Position numbers and translations under genes: made by a program. From Camelus dromedarius (lineage: Eukaryota), in the NCBI RefSeq assembly GCF_036321535.1, contig NC_087447.1:45198001-45262000 (forward strand): a DNA stretch of 64,000 nt, given 5' to 3'. Every line of letters starts with the position of its first letter. Position 1 is the stretch's first letter. Positions 23,237-36,567 of the stretch are shown here, piece after piece. Under the pieces are notes generated by a model that did no database searches, was not told the origin of the DNA, and was given only the letters and a program-made list of their open reading frames with translations.

Positions 23237-23650
23237 ATGCTGACAGCCTCCAACGTCACTGTTGACAGCCTCCCTGAAACTTTCATCCTGATGGGATCCC
23301 AGGACTGGAGGCTGCCCACATGTGCATTACTGCCCCCTTTTGTGCCATGCATCTGGTGAGACTGGCTGGGAGTGCTCCTCTGACCCTAGTCATCGTGATG
23401 GGCAGTGCTCTTTATATATCCATGTATCTATTCCTTTGTCTTCTCTCACTCATGCCTCCTGGCTCTCACCTTCATCACTGTGCCCAAGACACTGGCCATT
23501 ATTGTGGCTCCAGGCTGCTGGGTTTCCCTTTGGTGGGTGCTTGGCTCAGAAACCTTATGTCCATTTTATCTATGCTCTAGAGTCCTTGGTTCTTCCTTTC
23601 ATGGTCTTTGATTAATATGTGGCTATCCACAATCTACTGAGATATACAAC
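23237..23650 (+). pseudogene. OR52D-like olfactory receptor pseudogene, 5' fragment only
   Basis: MLTASNVTVDSLPETFILM(G) / frameshift / IPGLEAAHMCITAPFCAMHLV..LFLCLLSL..TVPKTLAI..YALESLVL..FD*YVAIHNLLRY; homology ends after TM3. Confidence 0.85.
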
Positions 23651-25666
23651 ACAGGGAAGGATTTGGTCTGATCCATCAATTGGAGATAGAAGATGAAGAC
23701 AGTATAGAGCTACAGCGGTTGGTTAAGAAATTTGTGGGTAGAATTGGGGAGCACAAAACTATGAGACTTGGGTTCTAACTGTTGGACACATCATTTGGCC
23801 GCTTGTGAACCTAAATTTCCTTACCAGTATCTCAAGCTCCTTATAGCTCTATGATCCTGTAAATCGAATCCATAGGTGGGTGCATTTTAAATATCACTGA
23901 GAGAGTCCAGAGTCCTGAATCCTGGCCCTGCCTCTGACACCAATTTTACTTTATTCCAGTGTAATACAAACAAAAATCAAATTAACGAGTATCTACTCTG
24001 TGCCAGACACTGTGCTAGGTACTCTACATACACTGTCCATTGTTGTTACTTATCACAATAGCACAATGAAGACATCATTCATTTATTCATTAATTCAACA
24101 AAGGACACGATATATACCAGTATGACCCACGCATTTGTTCCATAATATTTTTGTAATACTTAGTAACTATATGTAAGTCACAGACAAGATGCTTGCTGTG
24201 ATGAAGTTTTAGAATGGCAATGAATCATGCAAGAAGCAAATAGACAAACACTATAGATTGTTTTAGGTCATGCAAATAAAATAAAACAGAGCACACTTTT
24301 ATATACTTAGGGTTTATTAGCCAAATGCCATCAATAACCACCAGCTTTATTGAATGCTTGATTTTATGTCATGTACCATGATAAACATTTTTACTAAGGC
24401 TGAGGATGGTTAAGTGGAATGCCCTAGTTGATGCAGCTCAAGTAGACAAGAAAGCCAAGTTTTAAGGCCAAGGTTATATGGGTCCAGGTCTCACTTTTTT
24501 TTCTATTATAAAATATTAGGTAATGTGTAAGACATTGTTCATATAAATGCATAACCTTAGGACTATTACCATCTTTAAATCACAGGCTCTTAATTTAAAA
24601 TGCAGATACCAGTAACAATCTTTTTGAACCTTTGGGAGGAATATCTGCTGACCTATTTGTGTATTTTAAAACTGAGGTTACTAAGTCAATGAAGGGATAT
24701 TAAAGATGACACTTGGATTCTGTGCAGTCTCCCTAAGTCCTCAACAAGGGATAATTTTATGGCTGAAAGGAAGAAAACCTCAAAGTGGAGGACCAGAGGA
24801 AAAGTGGAGAAAATACAGTTTTAATAAGCACTATTCATATCCAAAACACTATCTAAATATTTTTAAGTTGTTATATAATATAGTTATCACAATAACCCTG
24901 TAAGGTGATATAATTTGAAACAGTACTAAACATGTAACAACTTGGCTAATAATATTTAGAGAGGTTACATGACTTTCCCACATTTATTTATTGAGCATTT
25001 TACCTGTTATGTACTGTCTTAACTTTTCTACATTCACTGATTTATTTATTCCTCACCACAACATTAAGAGTTACATGTTAACATTATCCTCCATTTAACT
25101 GTTGGCCAAGCTGAGGCTTAAAGAGATTTAGCAACATGCTCAAAGGCCACAAAACTAGTAAGCAGAGAAACCAGGATTCAAACCCAGGTACTCTTATTTC
25201 AGACCTCCTGCTCATAATCACTGCCCAAAGACTTGGATTCAGAGGAATTTCAAATGTTCTTTTCATTTTCTACTTGGACTCACAGAACACTCCCACCATG
25301 ACACCCAGACTGCTTTCAAGCACAGGAAGTGACTTGATTTTTAGTACGCCATGGACACTTCTGAGTCAAGAGGAAAAATATTATCATAGCTAATGAGGTT
25401 TACCAAGGCATGGTTATTGTTAACTGAAAACTTTTTCCAAAAGTGAAAGTATTATCATCTTTCTGGGCTATTCAGAATTGCTCAAGGAGCCTTAGGGATA
25501 TGATACACTCAGTGTGATTGTTGATACCTCCAGCTCATCTGACCTTTTCTTATCCTTCCTCCCATACAACACATTCCTCTTGTATCAGAGATCTCCATCC
25601 GTGAAAATGCATCCAGATAGCCATCATACACATTTACTTTTCTTATCTCCAATCTCTGCTCAGAAT

Positions 25667-26623
25667 TCATATTGAAATTTTCCCCAAGTGAAGCAGTCTT
25701 GAAAGTCGATTCCAAATCTCCTTGGTCCTCGCCCCATAGATGATGGGGTTGAGCACAGGAGGCACCAGCACATAGAGGTTAGCCAGAAAGATGTGCACAT
25801 GCCTGGGGACTCGGTGTTGCCCAAAACGGTGGGTGAGGAAGGAGAAGAAGGCAGGAATGTAGAAGACCAGGATGACCCCGAGGTGTGAGCCACAGGTGCT
25901 CAGAGCCTTGCGCTGGGCATCTTGGGATGGAAGACGAAAAACAGCATGGAGGATAAAGCCATAGGAGAGAGCAATGAGAATAGAATCTAAACCCATGGCC
26001 AGAAGGGCCACAGTCAGCCCATAGACAATATTGACAGTGATGTTGGCACAGGCCAGTCGAGCAATGCCCATGTGCTCACAGTACGTGTGTGCCATGACAC
26101 GGTGCTGACAGTAGGGCAGTCGCCTCAACAAGAAGATGAAGGGAGAGACAATGGCCACACTACGGAACATCCCAACAAGGCCAATTCTGCCTATGACGGT
26201 ATGGTTGAGGATGGTTGTGTATCTCAGGGGGTTGCAGATAGCCACATAGCGATCAAAGGCCATGGCAAGAAGAACCGAGGACTCTAGAGCATAGATAGAA
26301 TGGACACAAAACATCTGGGCCAGGCATCTTCCAAAGGAAATCTCACCAGCTTGGAGCCACAAAATGGCCAACGTCTTGGGCACAGTGGTGGAGCTGAGAG
26401 CAAGGTCGGTGAGTGAGAGAAGGCAAAGGAAGAGGTACATGGGTGCGTGAAGGGCACTGTCTGTCACTATGACCAGGGTGAGGGCGGCATTCCCAGCCAG
26501 CGCTACCAGATACATGGCACAGAAGGGGATGGAGATCCAGACGTGTGCCCACTCCAGCCCCGGGATCCCCGTCAGGAAGAGAGTGTCTGGGAGACTGCCA
26601 TCACTGCTGTTGGAAACTGGCAT
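25667..26623 (-). CDS. OR52D1: Olfactory receptor 52D1, 318 aa, intact
   Basis: ATG at 26623 (MPVSNSSDGSLPDTLFLTGIPGLE); LHAPMYLFL, MAFDRYVAIC, HTYCEHM, KALSTCGSH, PPVLNPIIY. Acceptor tctcctgttacag| puts the exon start at 26673. Confidence 0.93.
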   Translation of the reverse strand: MPVSNSSDGSLPDTLFLTGIPGLEWAHVWISIPFCAMYLVALAGNAALTLVIVTDSALHAPMYLFLCLLSLTDLALSSTTVPKTLAILWLQAGEISFGRCLAQMFCVHSIYALESSVLLAMAFDRYVAICNPLRYTTILNHTVIGRIGLVGMFRSVAIVSPFIFLLRRLPYCQHRVMAHTYCEHMGIARLACANITVNIVYGLTVALLAMGLDSILIALSYGFILHAVFRLPSQDAQRKALSTCGSHLGVILVFYIPAFFSFLTHRFGQHRVPRHVHIFLANLYVLVPPVLNPIIYGARTKEIWNRLSRLLHLGKISI

Positions 26624-29560
26624 TCTGGATGGCAAATAGAGGGCCCTGTCTGAGGGGTGATGGTACTCCTCTCCTGTAACAGGAGAGATTGGTTCATTCA
26701 CATAGCATGTCCTTTCCTTGAAATCATCTTCTGAGAAAGATTTTTATTGTTATTAACTTAATAATCTTAAAAGATCTCAAGGATGTATTGTACAACACTG
26801 ACAATATTTTGTAATAACCATTAAGTGGAAAGTAACCTTTAAAAATTGTCTAAGTATCTTTAATTTAAAAAATAAAATTCAAAAACAGAAATTCAAAAGA
26901 TTACCACATATGATCCGTTTTTCCATCTGCCGTTTCCTTTACTCAGAATTCGTGTTTTGAGTTCTGTGTTTCAAGCACCAAGCTAAGAACTGAAGCATTT
27001 GCCCAGTCTAACTCTTCCAGGCTCATCTCCCACCACACTCTGCACCTCATTCACGTGTCTTTTGTCTGCATACAGCTAATGAAATTTTGTGACTCTTTTT
27101 TTAGTTTATGCTATTCCATTTGCCCAAGGAGCCACTTTTCACTTATTTTTTTCTCTCTAGTTTTTAAACATCTGAACAAGTGTCTCTGCCTTTCCTCTCT
27201 AATTTAGTTCTTAGTAGTCTTTATATTTTTCATTCATCCACTGTTTTTCAAAATCCTATTAAGCTGTCTTTATACAATTGCAATCTCCACACAACATGAC
27301 TGTGGCTGTACCTAGAAAGTTTGACCAATATTCTCTGAAAGACTCAATCCTGATAACCCTTAGTAACATAGCACTGCCTTATGCCTTAATGCTGCAATGC
27401 TTTATTTACTTAGTCTATATTTGTAAGGTTACTGCCTAAATGTACACCACATGGCTCGTTTCTGTATCTCACCTGGAGTGCCTGTAAGGAGGCTAGGCAG
27501 CCTGAGCACACTCAAATACCCCGTCACTGAGTATCTGCAGTATTTAGAGCACACCTGTGGGTACAGTGGAAGAACGCAAGAGAGGCATTAGACATGCTAG
27601 TTGGGGAGCTGGGGAGGCAGCACTCCCAGCTATGGCAAAGCCAGCTCAAAGTCCTACATTCCCACTGGTATAACGGTTGCATGTAATGGCCAGATCAGAA
27701 TGTCAAGTGCAGATAGAGGCAGATTGAGGAGGGAGTGGAATGTCTTAGAGTTCGCCAACAGTAGCCATCCTGGAAGAGAGAAGACTTTTTTCTGTTGCAG
27801 AGTGCTAGTATTATATACTTCTTCTCTCAGTAGCATTGTTTACCTAAAAGAGTCCTTTGTAGGAACACTGGGACCCTGAATGTTACTTCTGAGTCTGTCT
27901 CAAGAGTGTTGTACGACCTTGAGAATATCCCTTCCCTTCTCTGGGAAGTCTCAATTTATAAAAAAAAAAAAATCCTGAAATACTCATCTCAGATTTTCTA
28001 CCTATTCACTATTTAGCATTGGATACGTCTCACAACCTTTTCTTTTTTATAAATTGAAAATGGAAACACCTGGCTTACTCTTTTTGTGGGTGAGAAAGAG
28101 TAAAGTATGTGGGATTAAAAAGTTTGGACACCAAAAATAATGTTCTCCCCATTTTTACAAGCTCTTGGTCCCATAGCACATATTGGAGTGATACAGGGTA
28201 GAGCAATTATTCTACCTCTGTCTTAGCAAAAGGAGATCCAAGTTCGTAGAAATAAACTGTTGTCATCTACATCACAAAGCATGTTAATGTCAGAACTGAA
28301 ATTAGGTCTCAGAGCTCCTAATTTAAAGTTTGGTGTTCTCCTCTCATTTAACCGTCCATTTATATGGGCAATACTTTCGTTCCTATCTTTCTTTTTCGAG
28401 GCACTCTAATACTAATACGTACTGCTTCAATACCATTACTGATTACCTGGACTCCAAAGAGCCAGATAAAGTGGAAAGCCCTTCTTATCTGCTCAGAGAC
28501 TTTCACAGACGGCCCCAGTGGCTAAAGGAAAGCAGCTGTGTGGTGGAGACCTTGGGGTTACTCCCATCTTCTCTTCCCCTCTTTATCCACAAAGAACAAT
28601 TTCAAAAGGCCATTGTAAGGAAGCTGCTACTCTGTGAGCATCTGTGGATGTGAGGACCAGAAGGATTATGTATAAGCAGGACTGCTCTCCAAGGGAAATC
28701 ACAGGAAAGAAGACATTGTACAGCAGCCCCAGTCTGGGTGGAATAGGGAAATCTTCCCAAATTTGTCTCACTCAGCCTTGTTTCTCGGTCACTATGATGG
28801 TTAAGTTTTTGAGGTCTCCCTCTAAGATCTAGACTTCAATAATTCAACTTCGAGTTCTTTCTCTGAACAAGAATTTTTGGGAAATACAATTTCAAGGACA
28901 TACCTGTGTGATTCACATCCATCCACAAGTTGAGTGCACCGAGGTTGGGGCTCTGTGATGAGTGTCACATACCAGTGCAAGGCTCTACGGGAGAGTGTGT
29001 GGTGGAACAGCAGGTTGTGCAGGTGATGTGTACCTGAATGTAATGGTTGTTCAGAGATATGGAAGTCTTTTTTGTGCAGATTGTATGGTTGTGATTTAAA
29101 GGATAGTAAGGTCTGAGTGTGTAATCTGAGATGTCTGATGTAGTCTCACTTTTGTGTGCTCATTGAGTGTCTTCAGCTTAGCTCCAGCTCCAGCATCCTC
29201 AGGTGGAGGGCTAGGTAAATGTGGTTATTAATTCTCTGTGACACTCAGGTATGAAAACCCAGGGGGCCTGCTCTAGGGATGTCATAGAAGCAGAGATAAT
29301 TGGATATCCACATGCAAAAGACTGATGTTGGACCCTTCTCTCAAACTACATAACAAAATTAACTCAAAATGTATCAAACATCTAAAATGTAAGACGAATC
29401 TATAACATCTTAAAAAAAACTTAAATATAAATCTTTGTGTCTCTGTATTAGACAATGGTTTTATGATATGACACACCAAAAGCACAAGTGACCAAAGAAA
29501 AAAATAGGTAAATTGGACTTGACAAAAAATATACTTTTGCCCTTCCAAGGACAGTGTCAA

Positions 29561-29688
29561 NNNNNNNNNNNNNNNNNNNNNNNNNNNNNNNNNNNNNNNN
29601 NNNNNNNNNNNNNNNNNNNNNNNNNNNNNNNNNNNNNNNNNNNNNNNNNNNNNNNNNNNNNNNNNNNNNNNNNNNNNNNNNNNNNNNN
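29561..29688. other. N gap (128 nt)
   Basis: Run of N. Confidence 1.
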
Positions 29689-29905
29689 GGACAAATGGTT
29701 TGAGCAGAAATTCCTACAAAAAAGATATACAAGTAGCCAATAAACACACACAAAAAAAGATGTTCAACGTCACTAGTCATTTGGGAAATGCAAATCCAAA
29801 TTCCTATGAGATACCACTCCATCCACTCTCACCACTTCTATTCAACATAGTATTGGAAGTCCTAGCCATAGTAATCAGACAAGAAGAAGAAATAAAAGAG
29901 ATCCA

Positions 29906-30541
29906 TGACCCAGGAATCCCACTCCTGGGCATATATCCAGAAGGAACCCTACTTCAAAANNNNNNNNNNNNNNNNNNNNNNNNNNNNNNNNNNNNNNNNN
30001 NNNNNNNNNNNNNNNNNNNNNNNNNNNNNNNNNNNNNNNNNNNNNNNNNNNNNNNNNNNNNNNNNNNNNNNNNNNNNNNNNNNNNNNNNNNNNNNNNNNN
30101 NNNNNNNNNNNNNTCATTTGCAGCAACGTGGATGTTCCTGGAGAATGTCATTCTAAGTGAAGTAAGCCAGAAAGAGAAAGAAAAATACCATATGAGATCA
30201 CTTACATGCAGAATCTAAAAAAAACCAAAACATAAATACAAAACAGAAACAGACTTATAGAGATAGAATACAAACTTGTGGTTGCCAAGGGGGCAGAGGT
30301 TGGGAAGGGACAGACTGGGATTTCAAAATATAGAATAGATAAACAAGATTATACTGTATAGCACAGGGAAATATATGCAAGATCTTATGGTAACTCACAC
30401 TGAAAAAAAATGTGACAATGAATATATGTATGTTCATGTATAACTGAAAAATTGTGCTCTACACTGGAATTTGACACAGCATTGTAAAGTGACTGTAACT
30501 CAATAAAAAAAATGTAAAAAAAAAAAAAAAAAGAGAGAGAG
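29906..30541 (+). mobile_element. Young L1 3' end nested in L1
   Basis: Near-identical to the 54583-55322 copy; poly(A)/(GA)n tail; the host resumes at gatcca|aattggaagag. Confidence 0.85.
29960..30113. other. N gap (154 nt)
   Basis: Run of N. Confidence 1.
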
Positions 30542-32551
30542 AGAGCGATCCAAATTGGAAGAGAAGAGGTAAAATTTTCACTATACATGGATAACATGAT
30601 ACTATATGTAGAAAACCCTAGAGGCTCCACACAAAAACTACTAGAGCTTATAACAGAATACACAAGGTAGCAAGACACAAGATTAACATACAGAAATCAG
30701 TTGCATTTCTTTACTCTAACAATGAAATATCAGGAAAGGAAAGAAACAATGTCTTTTAAACTTGCATCAAAAAATATTAAAAAAAAAAAAAAAGGAATAA
30801 ACTTGACCAAGGAGATTAAAGACATATGTGAGACCTACAAAACATTGATTAAGGAAACTAAAGATGACTTAAAGAAATGGAAAGATAACCTATGCTCTTG
30901 GATTAGACAAATTACAATTGTTAAAATGGCCATATTACCCAAAGCAATCTATAGGTTTAATGCAATCCCTATCAAATTACCGAGGACATTTTTCACAGAA
31001 CTAGAACAAATAATTCTAAATTTTGTCTATAAGCACAAAAGACCCAGAATTGCCAAAGCAATATTGAAGAAAGAGAACAAAGCTGAAGGAATAACCCTCT
31101 AGACTTCAGACAATACTACAGAGCTTCAGTAATCAAAACAACATGGAGTTATCACAATAATAGCTATATGGATCAATGGAACAGAATAGACAGCCCAGAA
31201 ATAAATCCACAGATTTATGGGCAATTAATCTTCAACAAAGGAGGCAAGAATATACAATGGAGAAGTGACAGTCTCTTCAGCAAGTGGTGCTGGGAAAGCT
31301 GGGCAGCTGCAGGTGAATCAACGAAGTTAGAGCACTCCTCACACCACACACAAAAGCAAACTCAAAATGGGTCAGAGACTTAAACTTAAGACAAGACACA
31401 ATAAACCTCCTAGAAGAAACCATACGCAAGACTTTTGCTGACATAAATATGAGCAATGTCTCCTACAGCAGTCTACTCAGGCACTAGAAATAAAAGCAAA
31501 AACAAACAAATGGGACCTAATTAAACTTATAAGTTTTTGCACAGCAAAGGAAACCAGAAGCAAAACAAAAAGACAATATTCAGAATGGAAGAAAATATTT
31601 GCAAATGATGCAACTGACAAGGGCTTAATTTTCAGAATATGCAAACAGCTCATACAACTTAACAACAACAACAAACAACCCAATCCAAAAAAATAAGCAG
31701 AAAACCTAAACAAGCAATTCTCCAGTGAAGACAGAGAAATCTCCAATAGGCATGTGAACAAATGCTCAATTATGAGAGAACTGCAAATCAAAACTACAGT
31801 GGGATATCACCTCACACCAGTCAGGATGGCCATCATTAAAAAGTCCACAAACAATGCTGGAGAGGGTATGAACAGGGAACCTTCCTACACTGTTGGTGGG
31901 AATGTAGTTTGGTGTGGCCACTATGGAAAACAATATGGCAATTCCTTAAGAAACTAAAAATAAACTTACCATATGATCCAGCAGTCCTGCTCCTGGGCAT
32001 ATGTCCAGAGAAAAACAATAATTCTAAAATACACATGCACCCCAATGTTCACAGCAGCACTATATACAATACCCAAGACGTGGAAACAACATAAATGCCC
32101 ATCGGCAGATGACTGGTTAAAGAAGCTGTGGTATATTTATACAATGGAATACTACTCACACATAAAAAATCATAAAATAATGCCATTTGCAGCAACATAA
32201 ATGGACCTGGAGAATGTCATTCTAAGTGACGTAAGCCGGAAAGAGAAAAAACAAATATAATGTCAGTTATAGGTGAAATCTAAAAAAATAAAATAAAATA
32301 AATGACACAAATGAAGTTATTTACAAAAAAGAAACAGATTCACAGACATAGAAAATAAGCATATGGTTACCAGGGGGGAAATGGGTTGGAAAGGAATAAA
32401 TTGAGAGTTCAGGATTTGCAGATACTATTACATACAAAATAGATAAACAAAAAGTTTCTTCTGGATAGCACAGGCAACTATATTTAATATCTTGTATTAA
32501 CCTGTAATGAAAAATAATATGAAAAGGAATATATGTATGTACATGTATGAC

Positions 32552-33591
32552 TGTGGGTTTTGTCCAGAAAAGTCCCACTGTAGAAGAACGAAATTACTCA
32601 AGACTTTATCAAGTCAAGAGAGTGAGAGGGAGCCGGAGGTCAACTCCCCGAACTCCTCCAAGACCCTCATTTTTATTGAGAATAATCAAAAGGTAGATAC
32701 GTCATCGGAATTTGTGTAAAGGGCAGGGGGCAAGGCACATGTGCTCAGACACAAATCAACAAAGTTGCAGACGAACGGTTTTTGTGAAAAACAAGAACGT
32801 AAATCTCAATTTCATGATATGGGAAAGGTTAAAATTTTCAAAGGCCGGGGGGCTTAACAATCGATAATAAATAACCAAGGATAAAGGGCAACTAACACTG
32901 ATTGCTAAGCTTAACGAATACACAAAACAGGCAGAAGTCATAAACTGTTCTTTTGAAAGGCACAAAGTCTCCATAAAGCCTAGAGTACTCATCAAGAGGG
33001 TTGCAGTGTCCCTGTTTCAGGAACTGGATTTAAAAAATCGGTAACAAAATCTGGCCACCACAAGACTTCTTGTTAAATGATCAAAGGTAACCTGAGCAAG
33101 CAAAGCAGCCTCGCTGTTCCCAGCTAAGGGCTAAGTCTCAGCCTTCTGTGAGTGCCAGCAGCTCCACTCCAGCCACCTACGCCATAGATAAGCGAAGTAC
33201 GTCCTGCTGGTTAGAGCAAGTGAGAGTGATGGCTTTCCATAAGTACAAGCAGCCCTTAACGCATGAGCTCAAGCTAAGCAAGCAGGCAAAGCATGTCTCT
33301 GCTTCTTACGGCAAGGAGACGGGTCGTAGCAGCCTTCTGCTAGCTTTAAAGCAGCTTTAAAGCAACTAAACTAAATTCCACAGATAAGGTGACGACTTAA
33401 CTGAGAGATTAACGCTTGAGCTCTTACACATTTTTCTTTACGCAATAGTAAAAAGGGTAGATACAATTTAGAAGTAAGAACGTTAAGTTTGATTGTACAA
33501 TTCCATATGCTTATGTCAGATTGAGAATAGAATTTAGCAAAATTAATTGTTACAATATCAAAGTTTGTTAATCCAAGTTTGTGCTCCCCCA
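32552..33591 (-). mobile_element. ERV2 (beta-like) solo LTR, 1040 bp
   Basis: TG...CA termini, 6-bp TSD TATGAC (32546-32551 / 33592-33597), AATAAA on minus at 32672-32677; interrupts an L1 3' UTR that rejoins cleanly. Confidence 0.85.
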
Positions 33592-35359
33592 TATGACTGA
33601 CACATTATGCTGTACACCAGAAATTGACACATTGTAAACTGACTATACTTCAAGAAAAAAAGAGAGATACTGCTCCATACACATTAGGAAGGCTATAAAC
33701 AAAAACGAAATTAATAAAACACACACACACACAAACAGAAAATAACAAATGTTAGTAAAAATGTAGAGAAGGTGGACTCCTCATACATTGCTGGTGGAAA
33801 AGTAAATTGGTGAAGCCATTTAGGACAACAGTTTGGCTTTTCTTCAAAGTTATACATAGTGTTACCAATGAGTCAGCAATTTTACTACTAGGTATATATG
33901 TTAAAGAACTAAAAACATATTTTCACACAGAAGCTTATGTACAAATATTAAAAGAAGCATTATTCCTAATAGTCAAAGAATGAGAACAGTACAAATAGCC
34001 ATCAAAAATTAATAAACAAAATATGGTATATTCATACAACGGAATATTATATTAGGAATGAAGTACTGATATAAAATGCACCTTGAAAACATTTTGCAAG
34101 TGAAATAAACCAGCCACAAAACCCCACATATTTTATTATTATATATATGAAATGTTCAGAATAGACAAGTCTAAAAAAATAGAAAACAAGTTAGTTCTTG
34201 CCAGGGGTGAATGAGAATGGAGAGTGAATGCTAATGATAACAGACTTTCATCTTTGAGGGATAGAAATGTTCTGGAATTATATGTTGGTGACAGTTGCAC
34301 AACTCTAAATTTGCTGAAAAAAAACCCCACTGAATTGAACACTTAAAACTGAATTTTACAGTATATGAACTATATTTTAATGATAAAATTTAATAAAATT
34401 ATAGAATCATGTAATCATTGAAACTTATAAGTTTAACAGCCTGGGACCCATTTATCCATGTGACACCACACATAAAGCAGACGCAAAGCCTGGGTCTGGG
34501 TGAGGGGCACGGAGGAAGGGGCCAGGGTTTGTATTCTAGGTCTCAGCCCTGTGGGAAAGCCAAACATTTACAGTCATAAGAATGGAAGAAATTGATTTAG
34601 CTTCTTTTATTCTTTTCCTTTTTTAGTTTTCTCTGTTTATTTTTGAGGGAGTTTGCAAACAGAGGCAAAAGCAGAGAGACAATCAATTATAAATTATATA
34701 GGGGAAAAAAGGATAAACAGGAAAAAAAAAGATAGAAATGATAACAATGAATAAGTGGACGCCATTTGTTCCAGGGTTTTTACTGGATAAAATTTCATAT
34801 TAGGTTTTCTGAAAATGTTCAGTGAATAAATGAGTGATCTGTGTTTGAATACGGCTCTGCTATTTAGTGGTACTATAAATTCGAACTTAATTTGACCTCC
34901 TGGGCAACTCATTTTTTCTCATTTGTACAATGGGAAGATAATATTTCTCTCCAAATTTGATTGTTAGGATTGAAAAAGACAAAGCACATGAAATTCTTAG
35001 CGGAGTCCAAGGAACATTGTAAACACTGAGCATCATTGATGATTATTGTATTTTCTATCACCTATGACTCTAACCAACCCTACATCCCAGCTTCTGAAGT
35101 TTCCATAAGAAGAGAGCCCTGGAGTGGGGACTCGGCTTGGAAAAAAGAAACCCAAGAGCTGAAGGTCAGGAAGAATGAGTTATATTGTTGGCACTCACAC
35201 TCCTCACCTGCCCGAGGTTCCTTGGGACCCATTCTTGAGAGGATCTAAGGTGCCATGAGGACTTGGAATGGATGCAGATAAGCCCTGCTCAGCTAGAGGG
35301 GAAGAGGTGTTGCTGAAGCAAACTTGGGTACCCTGGCCCACGCACAGGAAGTCAATCTA

Positions 35360-36567
35360 CTGATGTCTACTGACACCTGGTGGTGGCAGCAGAAAGTGCA
35401 GCATTTAGTGTAAGGCACAGGACAAGGAATCTGGGGCAGCTAAAGAGCAAAAACCCTACCTCTCCTATGGGTTTCAAGAAAGCATTTTTAAAGGCAAGGT
35501 GAGGAAGGGGAGTTGCAGGATTTGTGATCAGTTTGAGCACAATCCTCTGACAGAGCAATGTCACAGGGATTAACATTATCAATCCTCGGCCTCCAGTAGG
35601 TCTGGGGCTGCGTGCTCATAGTCATTCAGTAGTTAACTTCCTCCATTTGATAGGGATTTTAGTACCTGCAAAATGACTAAGGAAATGTGCATCAGATACT
35701 GTTATCTGTGTACTTCAGGGAGGAGCTAAAGATTCTGTGACCACCATACAATTGATCTACTGTTTAAATTGGTACCAGTTCTCCTGGCCCAACTGCTACT
35801 TTGGTCACTACATGTTCACATCCTTTTGATGCAGGAAAAACTGATGTGGGGTGTGAGGAGGGCCGCGTCCCAGGCTCCGGCTGAGCCCGTAGGACGTGCC
35901 CCGCCAAGTGTGGGTCCTTGGCTTCGCGCAGGAAAGAATTCAAGAGTGAGCCACAGTTGAGTAAAGGTAGATTTATTCAGAGAGATTCATTGAAAGGCAA
36001 GAGAAAGGCCACCAGGTGTGGGGGTTGGGTGCTCAGATTAAAAGTAGGTACACATTCCACAGACAGAGTGTCGGCCAGAGAGAGGGGGCTGTGGCCGCAA
36101 GGCACTGAGGCACCCAGTTACCAGTTTCTATGGGCTCAGTGGCTTCATATGCTGATAAGTGGAAGGACCAGTCTAACTAGTCTGGGGAAGGGGCTGGGAT
36201 TCCCAGGAAGTTGGCCATTTCCCACTCTTTGACCTTTTGTGGTTAACCTTTTAGGACTGCCATGGGCCTGTGGGCATGTTAGTCACCATGTTAATATATT
36301 ACAATGGGCGTACCTACCACCATCTTAAGCCTCAAGGCCTCCTGGGGGTTGAATCTTTCACCTGTTTGATGTTAACTGCTGTAGCATTCCTTGAATGGCT
36401 GTGCCCTGCCCCCTTCCTGTCTCACTTTCAATCATTAATTCTTGAGCCAGGCCTTTGTGACTCCGGGGAGGCCTGGGAGACTACGGCTTTTCCAGAAACA
36501 AGAGCAGGCAGAGGACATGGGGAGGAGTGTGCCCCAGGAAGGTCCTGTAGGGTCCTGCTGGGTTCCA
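35360..36567 (-). mobile_element. ERV1-type solo LTR (host), interrupted by a second LTR
   Basis: LTR-like text on both sides of the nested element, ending ...gggtcctgctgggttcca. Left boundary approximate; TSD not resolved. Confidence 0.55.
35827..36424 (-). mobile_element. ERV1-type solo LTR (598 bp) nested in an LTR
   Basis: TG...CA termini, 4-bp TSD CTTT (35823-35826 / 36425-36428), AATAAA on minus at 35972-35977, CpG-rich. Confidence 0.82.

Larger units (their letters stand above)
29823..33663 (+). mobile_element. 5'-truncated L1 (ORF2 RT/C-terminal region and 3' UTR), degraded
   Basis: [34 protein letters not shown] and YDPAVLLLGI ORF2 motifs in broken frames; hosts a young L1 and an LTR. 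Confidence 0.85.
29283..34380 (+). mobile_element. Old L1 (L1M-like) 3' portion, split by younger insertions
   Basis: Pieces 29283-29822 and 33664-34380 rejoin as ATGAGATACCACTCCAT|ACACATTAGGAAGGCT; duplicated gagataccactccat (29808-29822) / gagatactgctccat (33664-33678). Confidence 0.7.

Noticed and set aside
32552-33591. MMTV-like superantigen ORF inside the long LTR
   Set aside because: Only ORFs under 80 aa with no recognisable features are present.
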